A DNA stretch of 64,000 nt from Mobula hypostoma (GCF_963921235.1 NC_086097.1:161512001-161576000); one strand, 5' to 3'. Shown: positions 22,544-36,392, counted from the stretch's first letter. A program made the numbers and translations. The notes: a model not told the origin generated them from the letters alone.

Positions 22544-23412
22544 CTAGGATACATTTACAATAAAACAGAAGGTAAAAAGAAATAAGTCTGTCTTTAAAAA
22601 ATCTTAACATATACATCAAATTTGCCAGTATTTAATCAGTACTATAGAGTGAGCACATTTGGATTTAGAAATCTACGTACAGGAATATTAATTATCTGAT
22701 CCAGTGTGGCCAAAAATGCCACTGCAGTTTAGTAGCAACAGAGCAAACTGTGCAGAGCATAACGAGAACAGAAGCTAATGTGAAAATGGAGCATCAGGGG
22801 CATTGGGAGCATCTGTGAGGATACCATTTTGACTACTGGCACATACACAGGCAGAAGCGCAGTTGGGACCAGGGTCAGGAACTGGAGACCAAAGTGTGAT
22901 AAAGGTGTGCCAAGGTTAGGAAAAACTGCAAGGGAGAAGTAGTTGGGACATGATGGTCTCCGAGTGTGAAGGATCAAGGGAAGGGGGTGACGAGGGAGGA
23001 CAGGTGTACACGTTTGTGAGGTGGGACAAGTGTATCAATAAAGAATACTTCATAATGTTTTACTTTGTTGGTTAATATAGCGGTCACATGGAAAGATTAG
23101 AGAAATGCATTTCCACCCATCCACCACCACCCAACCAAAAAATAGCAAGGGCCAGTAGTGCACTTCAACACTTTCTGTTATGTTAGAATGAACATTTAAT
23201 TTTATCATAATTTAGATGTGATAAAATGCCTATAACTTACCTATTGGCCTATCATCAAGTTCTATTACTATAGGCTTTAAACAAGTAAATATTAGCCAAT
23301 ATTTAGACATAATTATATTTTTTGATCAAGAAACAATGCTGTCTCAAAATCAGGAACAATTACACAAAATGATTAAAAATCAGAAAAGTTAACAAAGATT
23401 TCTTATTCCTAC

Positions 23413-23539
23413 CCAAATTTCTCATCTGGTCAAAATAAGCCAACTTAGATGCAGCATAAATGGCTCGTGATTGTGAGCATCCAACCACAGCATCCATCAG
23501 CAAAACATTTGTCAATGCTTGTTGAATGTACTGCGGATC
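23413..23539 (-). CDS. DENND3: DENND3 exon: [20 protein letters not shown]...[17 protein letters not shown]
   Basis: 127 nt; acceptor ttttag, donor GTAGGA; phase 0/1; not in the ORF track. Confidence 0.94.
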
Positions 23540-24626
23540 CTAAAAAGTTAAAGATAATTCAGTGTTGGAAAATTGGGTAGTTATGTGTGATTGTAAACTT
23601 GAAAATACTTCAGTAACACCATAAAGCAGTCTCCACATTACAGAAATGAAGGTGATCTGAATTTCAGGATTTTATAACTGAGTCTGACCTTTTTGCATTT
23701 TTCCCATTATATTTTCATTCACTTTACTTACATCCATGTGTCTTCACACAAAACCCAATTTCAAATTGTCTGCTCAAGAAAGTTTCCATTTTTAGCTATT
23801 TAGATGAAGACAGCACCCTTTTAATATTAGTTTTACCTCTCTTTTAACAAAAGATTAACCATCCCTTTCTTATCTGATCACTGTCCATCATTCACTCCAG
23901 CCATGTGGTTAATTTTCACACACAAGCTTTTGTGACTTGGATTACGCTCTTCCAATTCTGCAACCATTTCCCTTCTGCTGGACAATCTGGATGACATGAA
24001 TTTGATTAAGTTACAACTTCCTTCAGCTCAACATCAAAGCGTTCATCTTAAATGCAACAAAATCACAATCCATCACCAGTGCTTGCTTAACTACTATTGC
24101 TGATTACAGAAAAAGTCATCTCTTGCTATTGCTTTTACTATTCAACCACCAAGTTATGTGCTTAAAAAAAGATCATGATCATACCTCACCATTATGATTT
24201 TCTTAGTTTGAAATTTCATCACCACACATCCATTAACCATAGCTGCTTACTTCAAGACATTCCACCTGTCACCTTTTATGTCAGCTGACACCTCCTGTCC
24301 AAAACCAAGTCTTTCCTATCTGTCAAATCCACCAATTCCAGCAGTTCTGTCATCAAATTTAACCAATTTTAAGTTCCATTTGAATTGAATCCACTTTGCA
24401 TTCGCTGTGGCCATAGAGTCTCTTATAAAGCAAGCCTTCATTATGTGCTTAGTTATCTGTAGTATGTCAGGAAAGCAAGATTGCTATAACATCTGAGTAC
24501 ACATTAGAGAATGGACAGTATCAATGGATTAATATTTCCCTTGGGATTCTTATTAAATCTGTTAAAGTTAATGAAGGATTTCAATTGAGTCTTATTAGGC
24601 AAAACTGAAATAATAAGCATCCACAC

Positions 24627-24794
24627 CTTGTGCTTATTTGCCATTGTGCTCCCAGCCCACATCTCTTTCACAATCAGTTGCCAAAGATCACGTTCAGTCT
24701 TCAAGTTCGCAACAAATGGCTCTTTCAGTTGAGTTTTAACTTTCAGAGCAGGGATTCGAAGTGGAAAAAACAGCACTGATATATTTTCAACTTC
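24627..24794 (-). CDS. DENND3: DENND3 exon: EVENISVLFFPLRIPALK...KEMWAGSTMANKHK
   Basis: 168 nt; acceptor tgttag, donor GTGTGG; phase 0/0. Confidence 0.93.
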
Positions 24795-24944
24795 CTAACA
24801 AAAGAGGGAGAAAGTAGTACATAAAACAGGTTTTCTTTAATGAATTACTTCACAGTTTACATCACCCAGATTCACCTCTTTAATTCTTATCTTAATAATC
24901 TTGTGCTCCTGTCATAACTCACAATTCCTACTCACGTAAGCACA

Positions 24945-25285
24945 TACGAAATAGGAAGAGAAGTAGGCCATCTATCCTTTCAAGCCTGCTCTGCCATCCA
25001 ATAAGATTGTAGTTGATTGGGTCATGGACTCAGCTCTATCTACCTGACTTTTTTCTCTTAGCCCTCAATTTCTCTACTGTGCAAAAATCTGTGTTGTAAC
25101 AATATTTAATAGGGTGGCCTCGACTATTTTCCTGGGCAGAGAATTCTACAGATTCACTACTCTCTGAGAAAGGTCCTTTCTCACCATCTTCGTCCTAAAT
25201 CCACTCCCCTGAATCTAGACTATAACCCTTAGTCCTAGTCTTACCTAACAGTGGAAACAATCTTTCTGCTTCTATTCCTTTCATC
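24945..25285 (-). mobile_element. Decayed CR1 3' end
   Basis: Similar to the minus-strand CR1 tail at 10596-10920. Confidence 0.7.
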
Positions 25286-26046
25286 TAACATTTCAGTTAA
25301 ACAAAGCCTTGATTTAAAAATTCTCAATCTTATTTTCAAGTACTGTATGGTCTTGCCCATCATTATCTCTGTATCCTATTTATGCCTTTAAAAACCTTTG
25401 AGATAGATGAACTTGCCCATTCCCGTGTTTTTAACATCAATGTATTTAATCACTTCATCACTTGCCTTTTGCTGCAAAAACTCTAGAATTTACACCCTAT
25501 CACCCCATCGCCCTACCTCATCCACCTTTAAGACAAAGCCAACATCAGAAAGTCAGCATCAAACTATCTTCTCTAAGTCTCAATATTTTCTGTATTCTCA
25601 CTTTCTTTTGAAGCACCTTGTGAGGTATTCTCCAGTTAAGCACACTTTACAAACAGAAGTTGTTCAAAAATATAGTTAATTTTACTTTGTGATGTCAAAA
25701 ATCAAATAAAATACTTCCAAACAATATAGTATTAGAATACTCATCATCCTTCCCTCTCAAATTTAATTAAAATATGGAAGAATAGGCTATTTTAAAACCA
25801 AATTCTTTACCTCTTATCTCAAAAGTCCAAATTCTATGTTTATTTAATGAAGGTCAATACATCTTAAAAGTCAACCAGATAAGATAGCAACGATCTTATC
25901 TGTCCTATTCTATTGAAATAGAATCCACTTTTTTGTTTTAAAGTGTCCAACCGAATAAAATAGAGAAATATTATTTTAGAGTACATTAACTGAATTGCTA
26001 GTAAAGCTATTTTTTTATTATGTTATCGTGAATTTATCAAGTATTT

Positions 26047-26547
26047 CCTTAAGGTTGTTATAGCTAGGGGTGGCAATGGGGACAAGCTCACACTACCTAT
26101 TAAATGCTCCCAATAGCTACTAAGCCTGGTAGAGCTGTTTCTACCGATAAGAGAAGGGGCAAAGGCATGTTACTGGCACCTTAAAACCAGTCATTTCAGA
26201 CAGATGGGGCTCATCAGCCATGGGTGGCAGCTCATCTAAGAGAAAGAAAACTCTGATCTCAAACCTCCGCTGTCTTGCGGCTATACCCACTCATGGTGAA
26301 GGCTTCGGGAGTAAACCCCAAGGGGAAAATTCCAGTGCTGGAGTCCTAAGGTAGTCATACACTGGGTTCAATGTTGACAAGAAACTCCTGCAATGCTGCT
26401 GGTACCAAACTGTATCAGTTTCTCCTGTTCTTTTGGGTCCATCAGATGCACGAAAAGGGGGAGCTTGCTACATGGGCAACAAATTGCTCTCCATATTGTA
26501 CTGCAATATCCAATATCCATGGTCAACTCTGACCAACAGAGGCCTCA
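26047..26547 (+). repeat. Non-coding interspersed repeat, copy 1 (probable non-autonomous RTE-related element)
   Basis: Colinear with 36817-37411 (cactacctattaaatgctcccaat...gaaaactctg...aaacctc...atccatggtcaac...gaggcctca). Confidence 0.75.
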
Positions 26548-26712
26548 GCAATTACCAGTGATGTAGGGAAGGGGTTATTTTTAACTGATTGGGCAGCAGC
26601 TCTGCTTCAAGCCACCCAAGTGAGGTTATCATCTCTATAACTTAATAGAAAGACAAGAAAAATTATCAAGCATTCCAAAAGCGAGGTCAAAAGAACAGTT
26701 CAAAAGTAGTAC

Positions 26713-26972
26713 CAGTATATCTCTAAACTTGGTGATTTCAACATAGCCAGGTCTGCCCTCTTTAAGAAGAAAAAGCCGTTTCTGTGTTAATGCAATTTTT
26801 CCCACACCATAGTTGGTCTTCACAGATGATGACAATTTAAAGACACTCTCATTTTCATCCAGATACTCTATCACTTCCAAAGGAAGATTAACTTCATGAG
26901 CCTCAGCTTCTGACTCTTTCCAAAAGTTGTAGAAGTCTTTAAATGTCTCAGGATCAATCTGTTTCAAATGTC
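26713..26972 (-). CDS. DENND3: DENND3 exon: [18 protein letters not shown]...ITKFRDIL
   Basis: 260 nt; acceptor tttaag, donor GTACTA; phase 1/0. Confidence 0.93.
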
Positions 26973-28199
26973 CTTAAATACAAATAAAAATTAATTCTAA
27001 GTGTGTGACTTTCATTAAAAGAATATTAATTTCAAAACATTTCTTCAATATAGACATTAAAAGATTTTCCAAAGGCTTTCCCTGTCGAAAAGAAAACCTA
27101 TTACTTTTTTCATTTTCCATACTGTTGTTTCTCTGTAATGCAACAAAACAACAATGACAGTATTATTAATTATTCTAAATTATTATCAAATTTGAATGAA
27201 GTATTTGCATACCAATTTTACTTACATTTATATTAGTAGTAAAGCCCCACCCAAATGAAGATTGAGAAATAATTCACCCCAGCATTTTTCAAGCATTAAA
27301 GTCTATGCAGAATAGTAGGGGTTCATAAGAATACTTAAAACCGTTGAATTCATAATGTTGAAAAACTTCTAACAGCTTAGAAATGTTTCATGTTGAAACA
27401 CCAAGAAACATAATCAAGCAACAATAGGATTTTGGATCAATTGCATTCAGCTGAATCATCAACCGTTCTTCAAAACTGCCAAACGCAAAACAGCTCTTCC
27501 TTAGAAGCAGTTAAAAGGAGAAAATACTAGTTAAAGCAAAGCAACAAATAAAGCTATGAGAGCTGTTTGAAAATTAAATCACTAACCCAACCTTTTAAAA
27601 AAATCATATATAAAAGCATTTGGTTTTCTTTTATTCCTCTATCAGATCTCCTAAACAGCCTTCAGCATTATCTGCAGAATATTCCCAAGTTCTCTGGATA
27701 GACAGTACACTAACATCAGCACCTACTCCCAGGTCAATATCCCAGAATAGTTGCATTCATTCTGCCACACTGCATGCCTGACACTTGACTCACAAAAGAA
27801 GAACTTTTTAACTTAACTTTTTAAGAGCTCTATCATGAGGAGACATTATCAAGAGAAAAAAGGTTCAAAGACAGATGTGCTTCTGGAAAGTGCAACATTC
27901 TGTGGCTCAACACCCACACCAGAATGGAAAGGGGCGCAGAAAGAATAACAGCAAAATCAGCAGTACAAGGGTGTCCCACAAAGAACATACACATTTTCAA
28001 CATTCTACTTGTCTCTCCACAAAAGCTTTTCTCTTAAAACTTAACGAAATGTGGCATTTGATATATTACTTTTTTTGTACTTCCCATTGAAAAAGTTTGT
28101 GATCTCAGCATGAGATTTGGGGTAACATTCTCATCTCAATGCAAATTCTATGTCAAAAATTTCATTACAAAAACATTACATGATTTACCCTCATGTCTC

Positions 28200-29690
28200 A
28201 GAACCATTTTGAGCAGTCCAAGCAGTATCTTTCCAATAATAAGCTGTACCAATATGTGAGCAAAGATTGCCAAGACAAAAAGGAACAGAGGAGCAGATTA
28301 TACTAAATACAAGAAGTAGAGAAGAGAATTTAAAAAGGACCACAAGAGCATCAGAAGTTAAATATTATTGAAATATAATGACAATTAACATAAAAGAAAA
28401 CCCAAACATCTTCAACATCATGAGCCTGTTAGGGACAAAGAAAATTATATCCATTTAGAGTAGGGGTTCCTAACCTGGGGTCCACGGACCCCTCGGTTAA
28501 TGGGAGGGGTCCACGCATAAGAAAGGTTGGGATCCCCTGATTTAGAGGAATGGGGCACAGCTACAATACTTAGAACAAAACACTTTTTGGGGAAGAAGAT
28601 GCTGACAAAACAAAAATAGTCTAGATAATCAATGGGATTAAATGTTGATAGATTGATCAGGACAACCTGGCTATGCTTAGAGTGGAATGGCTTCAATTCC
28701 ATGCTTCAAGGGAGATGGAAAATGCAGAAGATTTGCTATCAATCTTCCAATCATCAGTTGATTAAGGCATGGTGTTAGATGACTGGAAAGTGGCCAATTT
28801 TACATCCTTGTTCAATAACGAATAGAAGGATATCACTGTACTCTTCAGGCAGGTCGACTTAGCAACTGTGATTGCTAAGATATTATAAACAATAAACAGG
28901 AAGGGGCAAGTAGTGAATGTTTTCGACGTGAATTTTAGCAATGTGCTTAATAACACACCCATTAAAAAGCTGATTGTTATAATTGAGATTCATGAAGTAG
29001 AAATTGCTAGATTGGATAAAAAACCTACAAAATGATGCAAAGGAGCTTCTTCTGGTGAATGGTTATTTATAGTGGACACTGGTATTTCTAAGAGCAGTGC
29101 GAAGAACATTGCTTCATGACTTGAATATTAGTATATAGGATAAAATTTCACAATTTGCAAAACTTGAATTGTCACGAACTGGCAGATTAAAGACACCTAA
29201 AACTTCATAGCAAAAATGTGTGTAATGATGCATATTGACAGAAGTATTTGGGAGATACAATGCAGGCTGAAGATGCACAGTTCTGAAGAGCATATAGCGA
29301 CAGAGAGTTCTGATGGTTCATGTTCACAGATTTTGAAGTTGACAGGACTTAATGGAAGGATAGTTAGCAAACTGTATAATAATAATATATCCAGCTTTAT
29401 AGTACAAAAGCATTGAAGTTATGCTGAACCTTTACCTCTATTTAGAGGGATTAGCATTAAAAATGCAGCTCCAGTTGGAAGGATATGAAGGTCTTCCGAG
29501 GTACAAAGGAGATTTACCACAATGATTCTCAGAAACAAAAGGTTTTTAACCAGAGGTTGGAGAGGCTGTGGTTGTTCTCCTTTCAGGAAAGAAAGTTACT
29601 GGGAAATATGTTAGATCAAGATTACGGCAAATTTAGTTAGGGTAGACAAATAAAAATAATTCCTATTTACTAGAGCAAAAGACTATTGTT
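28200..29690 (+). mobile_element. Ancient, decayed CR1
   Basis: Relic motifs such as gactggaaagtggccaattttacatccttgttc (DWKVAN..); no ORF. Confidence 0.55.
28461..28539. mobile_element. 79-bp hAT MITE
   Basis: TIRs TAGGGGTTCCTAACCT / AGGTTGGGATCCCCTG; perfect 8-bp TSD ATTTAGAG. Confidence 0.85.
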
Positions 29691-29793
29691 CGCCTCCACA
29701 GGTGCTGCTTTACCCACTGAGTTCATCCAACAGTTTTTGTTTGTTCCTACAGACTAACAGCATAAGGACCAAAAACAGCACAAGAACCAAGAT

Positions 29794-30342
29794 ATGAGGA
29801 AATCTGCAGATGCTGGAAATTCAAGCAACACACACAAAATGCTGGTGGAACGCAGCAGGCCAGGCAGCATCTTTAGGAAGAAGTACAGTCGACATTTCGG
29901 GCCAAGACCCTTCGTCAGGACTAACTGAAAGAAGAGATAGTAAGAGATTTGAAAGTGGGGGGGGGGCGAGATCTGAAATGATAGAAGACAGGAGGGGGAG
30001 GGATGGAGCCAAGAGCTGGGAAGTTTATTGGCAAAAGGGATACAGAGCAGGAGAAAGGAGAGGATCATGGGATGGGAAGTCTGGGGAGAAAGAAAGGGGG
30101 AGGGGAACACCAGAGGAAGTTGGGGAGCAGGCAGGGAGTTATTGTGAGAGGGACAGAGAGAGAAAAAGAAAAAGAGAGAAAAAAAGGGGGGGAATAATAA
30201 ATAAATAAGGGATGGGGTAAGAAGGGGAGGAGGGGCATTAACGGAAGTTAGAGAAATCAATGTTCATGCCATTGGAGGCTACCCAGACGTTCCTATAGAT
30301 GCTTCCTGGCCTGCTGTGTTCCACCAGCATTTTGTGTGTGTT
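29794..30342 (-). mobile_element. 5'-truncated PLE with an inverted terminal segment
   Basis: 14-bp TSD ACAAGAACCAAGAT (29780-29793, 30343-30356); end of the GIY-YIG ORF (MNIDFSNFR*) plus 3' UTR; 30290-30342 is an inversion of the terminus. Confidence 0.9.
29887..29922 (-). ncRNA. Minimal hammerhead motif (GAAAUGUC variant)
   Basis: AGUC-CUGACGA-AGGGUCUUGGCCC-GAAAU-GUC-GACU. Confidence 0.6.
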
Positions 30343-32399
30343 ACAAGAACCAAGATCACAGGTTTGGACCAGAGGTTTGAGGTACTATTAGTTTTTTTGT
30401 TGTGTATTGTGCTGATGACTTCAAACTTGCTACCTTCAAAGCTTATAATTAATGATCTTAGTTGACAGGTACTAGGGGGAAAATAAACTTCCAGGGCTAC
30501 AGGAATACACCAAGGAAATGGGAATGACTGGATTGCTCTACAAGCAGCTGGCAAATCCACAACGGGCTTTGTGCTTTTTTCTGTGCTGCTATGATTCCAG
30601 TGATACAGGTATGCAATAATACCTTGCCTTTAAGATCGTGAAATCTTACACAAGTACATTATCAACTCTGAATAACAGCAACAGAAATTAGGTGTCTAAA
30701 AATTTGGTTGAAAGAATAGCTTTTGAAAAAAAGTTAAGTCTTACAACATAAGTTTAAGGAGGAAATTCCTTATCTGAAAGTCTAAGCATCAGAAACTATA
30801 ACTGCCAATGGTACAGTGATTTAAATCAGCGATCCACAAGAATCCAGAACTGGAGTGATGCAATTATTTAGATTAAAAGTTAGAAAGAGGAAAGCCATGG
30901 CAGGATTTAAAAATTATGACGGTATATTTAACACCAAAGACTAGAAAATAAAGACAAACAATGTACAGTACATCAATGATACAGGAACTGTAGTTGAATG
31001 GGACAGTCCATGTCGTTAGGCAAGAAAACCAAATCAATAATATGGAGAGGTAAGTGCAAACTATATTCATGCCACACTACACTCAGCATCATCATCTCCA
31101 GCAAAAAGAAAATCTAATCACATGACCTTATATCCCATACCAGCACCAATTTTCCCCACAAACAAAAAGGGTCAAAAACCCAACTGGACTAGCTATTAAA
31201 TTGCAAGTTTACTACGTCTAAGCCAAGTGCTGTGTATTCTGAAATAAGTGGCACCTCCCAATTCCTAAACCATAAACTTTGCTGGAATATTCTCAGCACG
31301 TTGGATGGGTGCAAATGCTACAACATTCAACCAGTCTGATATCAAAAGCAAAGCACTTGATTATCACCCCACCAACTTCCATCCACTCCCTCCCTCGTCC
31401 ACTAGTGTGTTATGTATATGTCTACTTACAAGATCCATTGGATGAGATCAACAGGACTTCTTCATCAGTACCCATTAAATCTACAAGCTTTAGTGAATAC
31501 CGTCACCCTTGATGTCCCACCAAATCACACTCTGGCATGCCGATATATCTTATGAATCACTGAATCAAAGTATTGAAATTGGCTACAGAATGGAATAAAA
31601 GGAGAACCTCCACTCAAGCACCACAACAGTTAAGGAAGCCAGCTCATTTCCATTTTTTTTTAAAAAGGACAGTGAGATGGACAGTAAATGCCTGCTTTAC
31701 CATTGAATTAATAAAAGGACATTCAACTGCAATACAAGTAGATGAGTTTTAAAGAACTCTGGACATAACATTTTAATTTTAAAAAGCATGAATGTTAGTG
31801 TAGTGTTAGGTTACGGAGATGGTCCAGAATCATATTCTGCTTACCAGTCCCAGACGATACATAAAACACTGATCTTGAAACCACTTTAACTGTTGACATT
31901 GGATCGGATGGCATGTTGCGATTTTTAAGTTTGCTCGTTTCAGATTTGACTGAGGGAAAACAATATAGGTAAAACAATGGAGAAGTGTTTTAAGAAGTGG
32001 GTGAAGGATTACTTCCCTCCTTAACTTAGCTTAATAGAAGTCACCCACTATTTTAGACCTAACATTTAGTGAAACTTTGGGTCAATTTAAAAGAGATGGG
32101 AATTTACAATAGTGAAGCTTCAACTGACAAGAACAAGAGGACTTTGCTGAAAACTGGCCACCAGCAACTATCATTATTGAACTGGATTTTGGAGTAGGAA
32201 TAACAGCGATGCTATCAAAATTTCCTAGAAAGCTTGAAAAGAATAAACCAGAATTCATACAGATTTAACTCTGGAAATTGGAAAATACCTACCTTCTGCT
32301 AACAACTGAAGTACAATTTAGTTTTCTGCACCACATAAAATCATATTTGAAGGAAAATTTCATATGGATTACAAAGGTGTCAAAATGGTTGTTGTGATG

Positions 32400-33000
32400 C
32401 ATCCAGTGTGGCAGTATAGTGGGTAATGCTTGTCATTCTCACTTCCAGCTTCCACCTCTGGCTAGTTAGCGAAAAGGAGAACTGAATATGCAAGTCTCTC
32501 CCTGCCAATACATAAGACTCTTCAACAGCAAGCCTCATGTAGTACCTCCTCACAAGCAATACATGGAAACTGAACTCCTTTCGGATTCAGGCTGAACTAC
32601 AGAGAACGGGGAGGAGGTCTGGCCTCTGCACACATAGCATGCATGCTCACCAATATGTGGACATGCCTTGGTGTTTGTGAACCAGATCCCTAGCTTCGGG
32701 TAAATAGCCCCACTGCCTTGTGGGCAGCCTTGGGAGAGACGAAGGCTACAGGAGTAAATCCAGACCACAAATCCAGAGCGGAGCCACTTAGGCAGCTGGA
32801 CATCATTGAACATCCTTCCAGCAGCTCCTGCAGCCAAGCTGGTGCCAAATGTATTGCTTCATAAACTTTCCTTTGGACTACACTGGTGAGGCTGAGGGGG
32901 GGATCTTGATGACTGGGCATCTCAGGATCTCTATACCCAGGCTTGTGATAATGATGATCATTATCCATTGTCCTTTGAGACAGATGGATGCCAACCACAA
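32400..33000 (+). repeat. Interspersed repeat sharing its 3' module with 26047-26547 and 36817-37411
   Basis: Shared blocks ctgccttgtgg, gaaggctacaggagtaaa, gctggtgccaaa, gggggatcttg; different 5' part; boundaries approximate. Confidence 0.55.
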
Positions 33001-33766
33001 GATTACATGAAGAAAAGGAAAAATCATACCAAGAGAACAAGTATCATTAGAAACAGAAAGAAGGAGAAAAAAAAAGAAAATGAAAAGAATTGACAAACAT
33101 GCAGACAAGTGGAGATCAAAACTGAGGAGGTAAAAGCAAAATCCGGAATGATGCAAAGGCAAGGTGTCAACCTAATCCTGTCTCAAGTGGACTGAGTCAA
33201 GTTAAAATCATACTGAAAAATTTAATTATTTTTCCAACTTGCTGCTGTATGTGAGTCATGACAACTAGGTTACCTGTTTAGCCAAGACACTGGAAATCAA
33301 ACCAACATCGGAACTGCAATAATGCCGACATTGCCCCAAGTCAAACTATGGTGCAAGAAACATAGAATATAGAGTGTTGCAACTCACTTGTTATCCTACA
33401 TAATATTGTGAATAACATAGGGTGTTCTTGAGACAAATTATTGTAACAAATAAACTACCCAAATATCCCACAGAGAAAAAAACCTGAAGATAATATGCAG
33501 GTTTTTGGATTGAATTACAGAATGAGAAACGAGAGGTCAAGTGATGCTAAACGTTCCGTTTTGCAGAAGAATAACAATTTTTCTTTCAAAGTGCTCAGAT
33601 TTAATTATATTGAAGTCCTCATGAATTAAAATCAGCAATCTAACTTGAAACCCATGCCCTTTTCCTATTAATCACGTATACTCAATTGTAGAATGAAATT
33701 TCACTTCACCACATTTCCTAACATGTAACACTGGGAGACAAATCGATGGTTAAGTACATCACTAAC

Positions 33767-34288
33767 CTATAGTCAGGGCATCAAACAGCCGAAGAATGGT
33801 ATCAACATCCTTCACAATTCCAGATTCCTGGATCCTTTTCACAAAATCTTCTTGGTGCATATGTGTTTTCGGCAGTTCGAAGGTTTTGATGTGTTCATCA
33901 GATACTGTTATTTCTTGTTCTTTTTCTGGCATTACACTAATAAGCCATTTTAATTCTAGTTTCTGACCTGCTTGACTATGTTGATCTGGAGGCATCATGC
34001 CTATCACTTTCTTTACAATTTCTTTTGGGAAAATGTCAAGGTCGGTCTTGTAAAGTTTCTGGAAATCTGACAGCGCTTCAAGATATTTTTCTTGCATCAA
34101 AAAAGCCAACCCACGGAGATAGTAATATCTTGCCAACAGACTTGATCTTTCTGGTCCTGTGGTATTTATGGCTCTGCTCAGTAGGTTGATGAAATCTGTA
34201 TACCATACAACTATACTGGAATAATGAAGTGAGGACCTAAACTCTGGCAGCTTGAAAGTTGTTACGGATTTTGTGCTTTTCTTCATTG
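33767..34288 (-). CDS. DENND3: DENND3 large exon: MKKSTKSVTTFKLPEF...LLARYYYLRGL...RLFDALTI
   Basis: 522 nt; acceptor tttcag, donor GTTAGT; phase 1/1. Confidence 0.95.
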
Positions 34289-34584
34289 CTGAAAGAAAAA
34301 TTAGCAAAATAATTAAGCAATATTATGTCAAAGTATTTCTCAAACATAGCATTTTTACACTGTGCAATCAATTGTGCATTCAAAACATTCTGAAAGGAAA
34401 TGTCCTTACTTTAAAAGCATTCGAACTAAAGAGGTTTTTTTACTTTACATACACTTCGATACTAAATAACAAGCAATCAAATAAGTAGCGATTCCTTTTA
34501 AAGTGCGCACTTAGACTATTTTTTGAGACGTAAATCTCTATATTATACTTAAATACAGTACTAGCATATTACAATGCAACAAAA

Positions 34585-36392
34585 TGGTACTCAGAAAGGA
34601 TGGATAAAAAGGTCTCCTCCATAAACAAGCTAAAGGGCTTGCTAAGGGCCAGACCAGTGGAATTCACGTCTGCGGACCAAGTAAAATACAAGAGGTTCAG
34701 GCACAACCTCCAGAAGGCTATCTCTCATGCGAAATGACAATTCCAGACCAAACTGGAAGTACAGAAGGATGCTCGACAGCTGTAGTAGGGCTTGAATGCT
34801 ATCACTTCCTATAAAGGGAAACCAAATGATGTAGGTGACAACAGACTTGCTAAGCTAAATGCCTTTTATGCTCACTTTGACCGTCACAACATGGAGGCAC
34901 CTTTACGAACTCAAACAACCTCCAACGACCCTCTGATTTCAGTCTTTAAGGTCGATGTCAGAGTATTGTTCATGAGAGCAAACCCATGGAAAGAATCCAG
35001 CCCAGACAGGGTACCTGGCTAAATACTAAATACCTGTGCTGATGAACGAGCTGGAGTGTTCACTGACATCTTTAAATTCTCACTTCAAGAATCTCAGGCC
35101 CCACCTGTTTCAAGCAGGCTTCATTTATACCAGTGCCTAAGAACATGGTAATCTGCCTCAATGACTAATGTCCAGTAGCACTTTCATCCGTGATGAAGTG
35201 TTTTGACAGATTGGTGAAACTATCAACTTCTGCCTGATAAGTCATATAAATTCGCTACAATTTGCCTAACATTACAACAGGTCAACAACAGATGCCATTT
35301 CATTGGCTCTTCACTCGACCCTGGAACATCTGGACTGTGAAGATACATACATCAAGACACTCTTCATTGACTACAGCTTAGCATTCAGTTATATCATCCC
35401 CTCAAAACTAATCAATAAGCTCCAAGACCTTGGCTTCAATACCTCTCTATGTAACTGGATCCTTGATTTTCCCTGTCCAGTTTGGATTAGCAATGATATC
35501 TCCTCCAAAAAGTCCACCAGCATGGCTCTGCTCGCCTTATACTTATGACTGTGAGGCTACTAAGCACCTTATGACTGTGAGGCTACTGCGCACAGCTCCA
35601 ATGCCATATTTTAATTTGTTGACAACACCACTGTTGTTGGCCAAATCAAGTGGTGACTAATCAGCATATAGGACGGAGACTGAAAATCTGGCTGAGTGGT
35701 GCCACAACACCTCACAACAATATCAGCAGATCAAGGTGCTGACTATAGACTTCAGGAGAAGGAAACTGAGGTCCATAACCCAGTTGAGTCATAAAGTCAT
35801 ACAACACCACAGCACAAAAACAGGCTCTTCACTCCATTTAGTCTGTGCCAAAGCAGTAACCTGCCTAATCTAATTGGCCTGCACCCAGACTACAACCCTC
35901 CATACCCCTCCCATCCATGTACCTATCCAAATTTCTCTTAAATGTTGAAATCAAACCCATATCCATCATTTGCACTGGCAGCTCATTCCACACTCTCACT
36001 CCACTCTGAGTGAAGTTCCACCTCATGTTCCCCCTTAAACATCTCACTTTTCACCCTTAATCCATGACCTCTAGTTGTAGTCTGCTTGCATTTACCCTAT
36101 CCATACCCCTTACAATTTTGTATACTTCTGTCAAACCTCCCCTCAATCTTCTAAGCTAAAGTCCTAACCTATTCAACCTTTCCCTTTCACTCAGGTCCTC
36201 AGCACGACCGCCTTGATACCCTTGCACAAAAATGTATAAATTTTGTATAATTTCTGTTTAATTTATGTTTTTCCTGTGAATGTTGTTTATATGATGCTAT
36301 GTGCCTGTGATGCTGCTGCAAGTTAAGTTTTTCATTGCACCTGTACATGCATGTATTTGTGCATATGACAAGAAAATCAACTTCGACTCTGA
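34585..36392 (+). mobile_element. Decayed Rex1/Babar-type LINE, interrupted by a CR1 fragment
   Basis: [19 protein letters not shown]...[23 protein letters not shown]...LCNWILDF; tail resumes at about 36199-36392. Confidence 0.8.
35785..36198 (-). mobile_element. CR1 3' fragment
   Basis: FTQSGVRVWNELP...TFKRNLDRYMD. Confidence 0.85.

Noticed and set aside
35547..35590. Short direct repeats (also 2215-2235 and 43707-43750) as CRISPR-like or regulatory arrays
   Set aside because: Two-copy local duplications inside decayed LINEs in a vertebrate genome.
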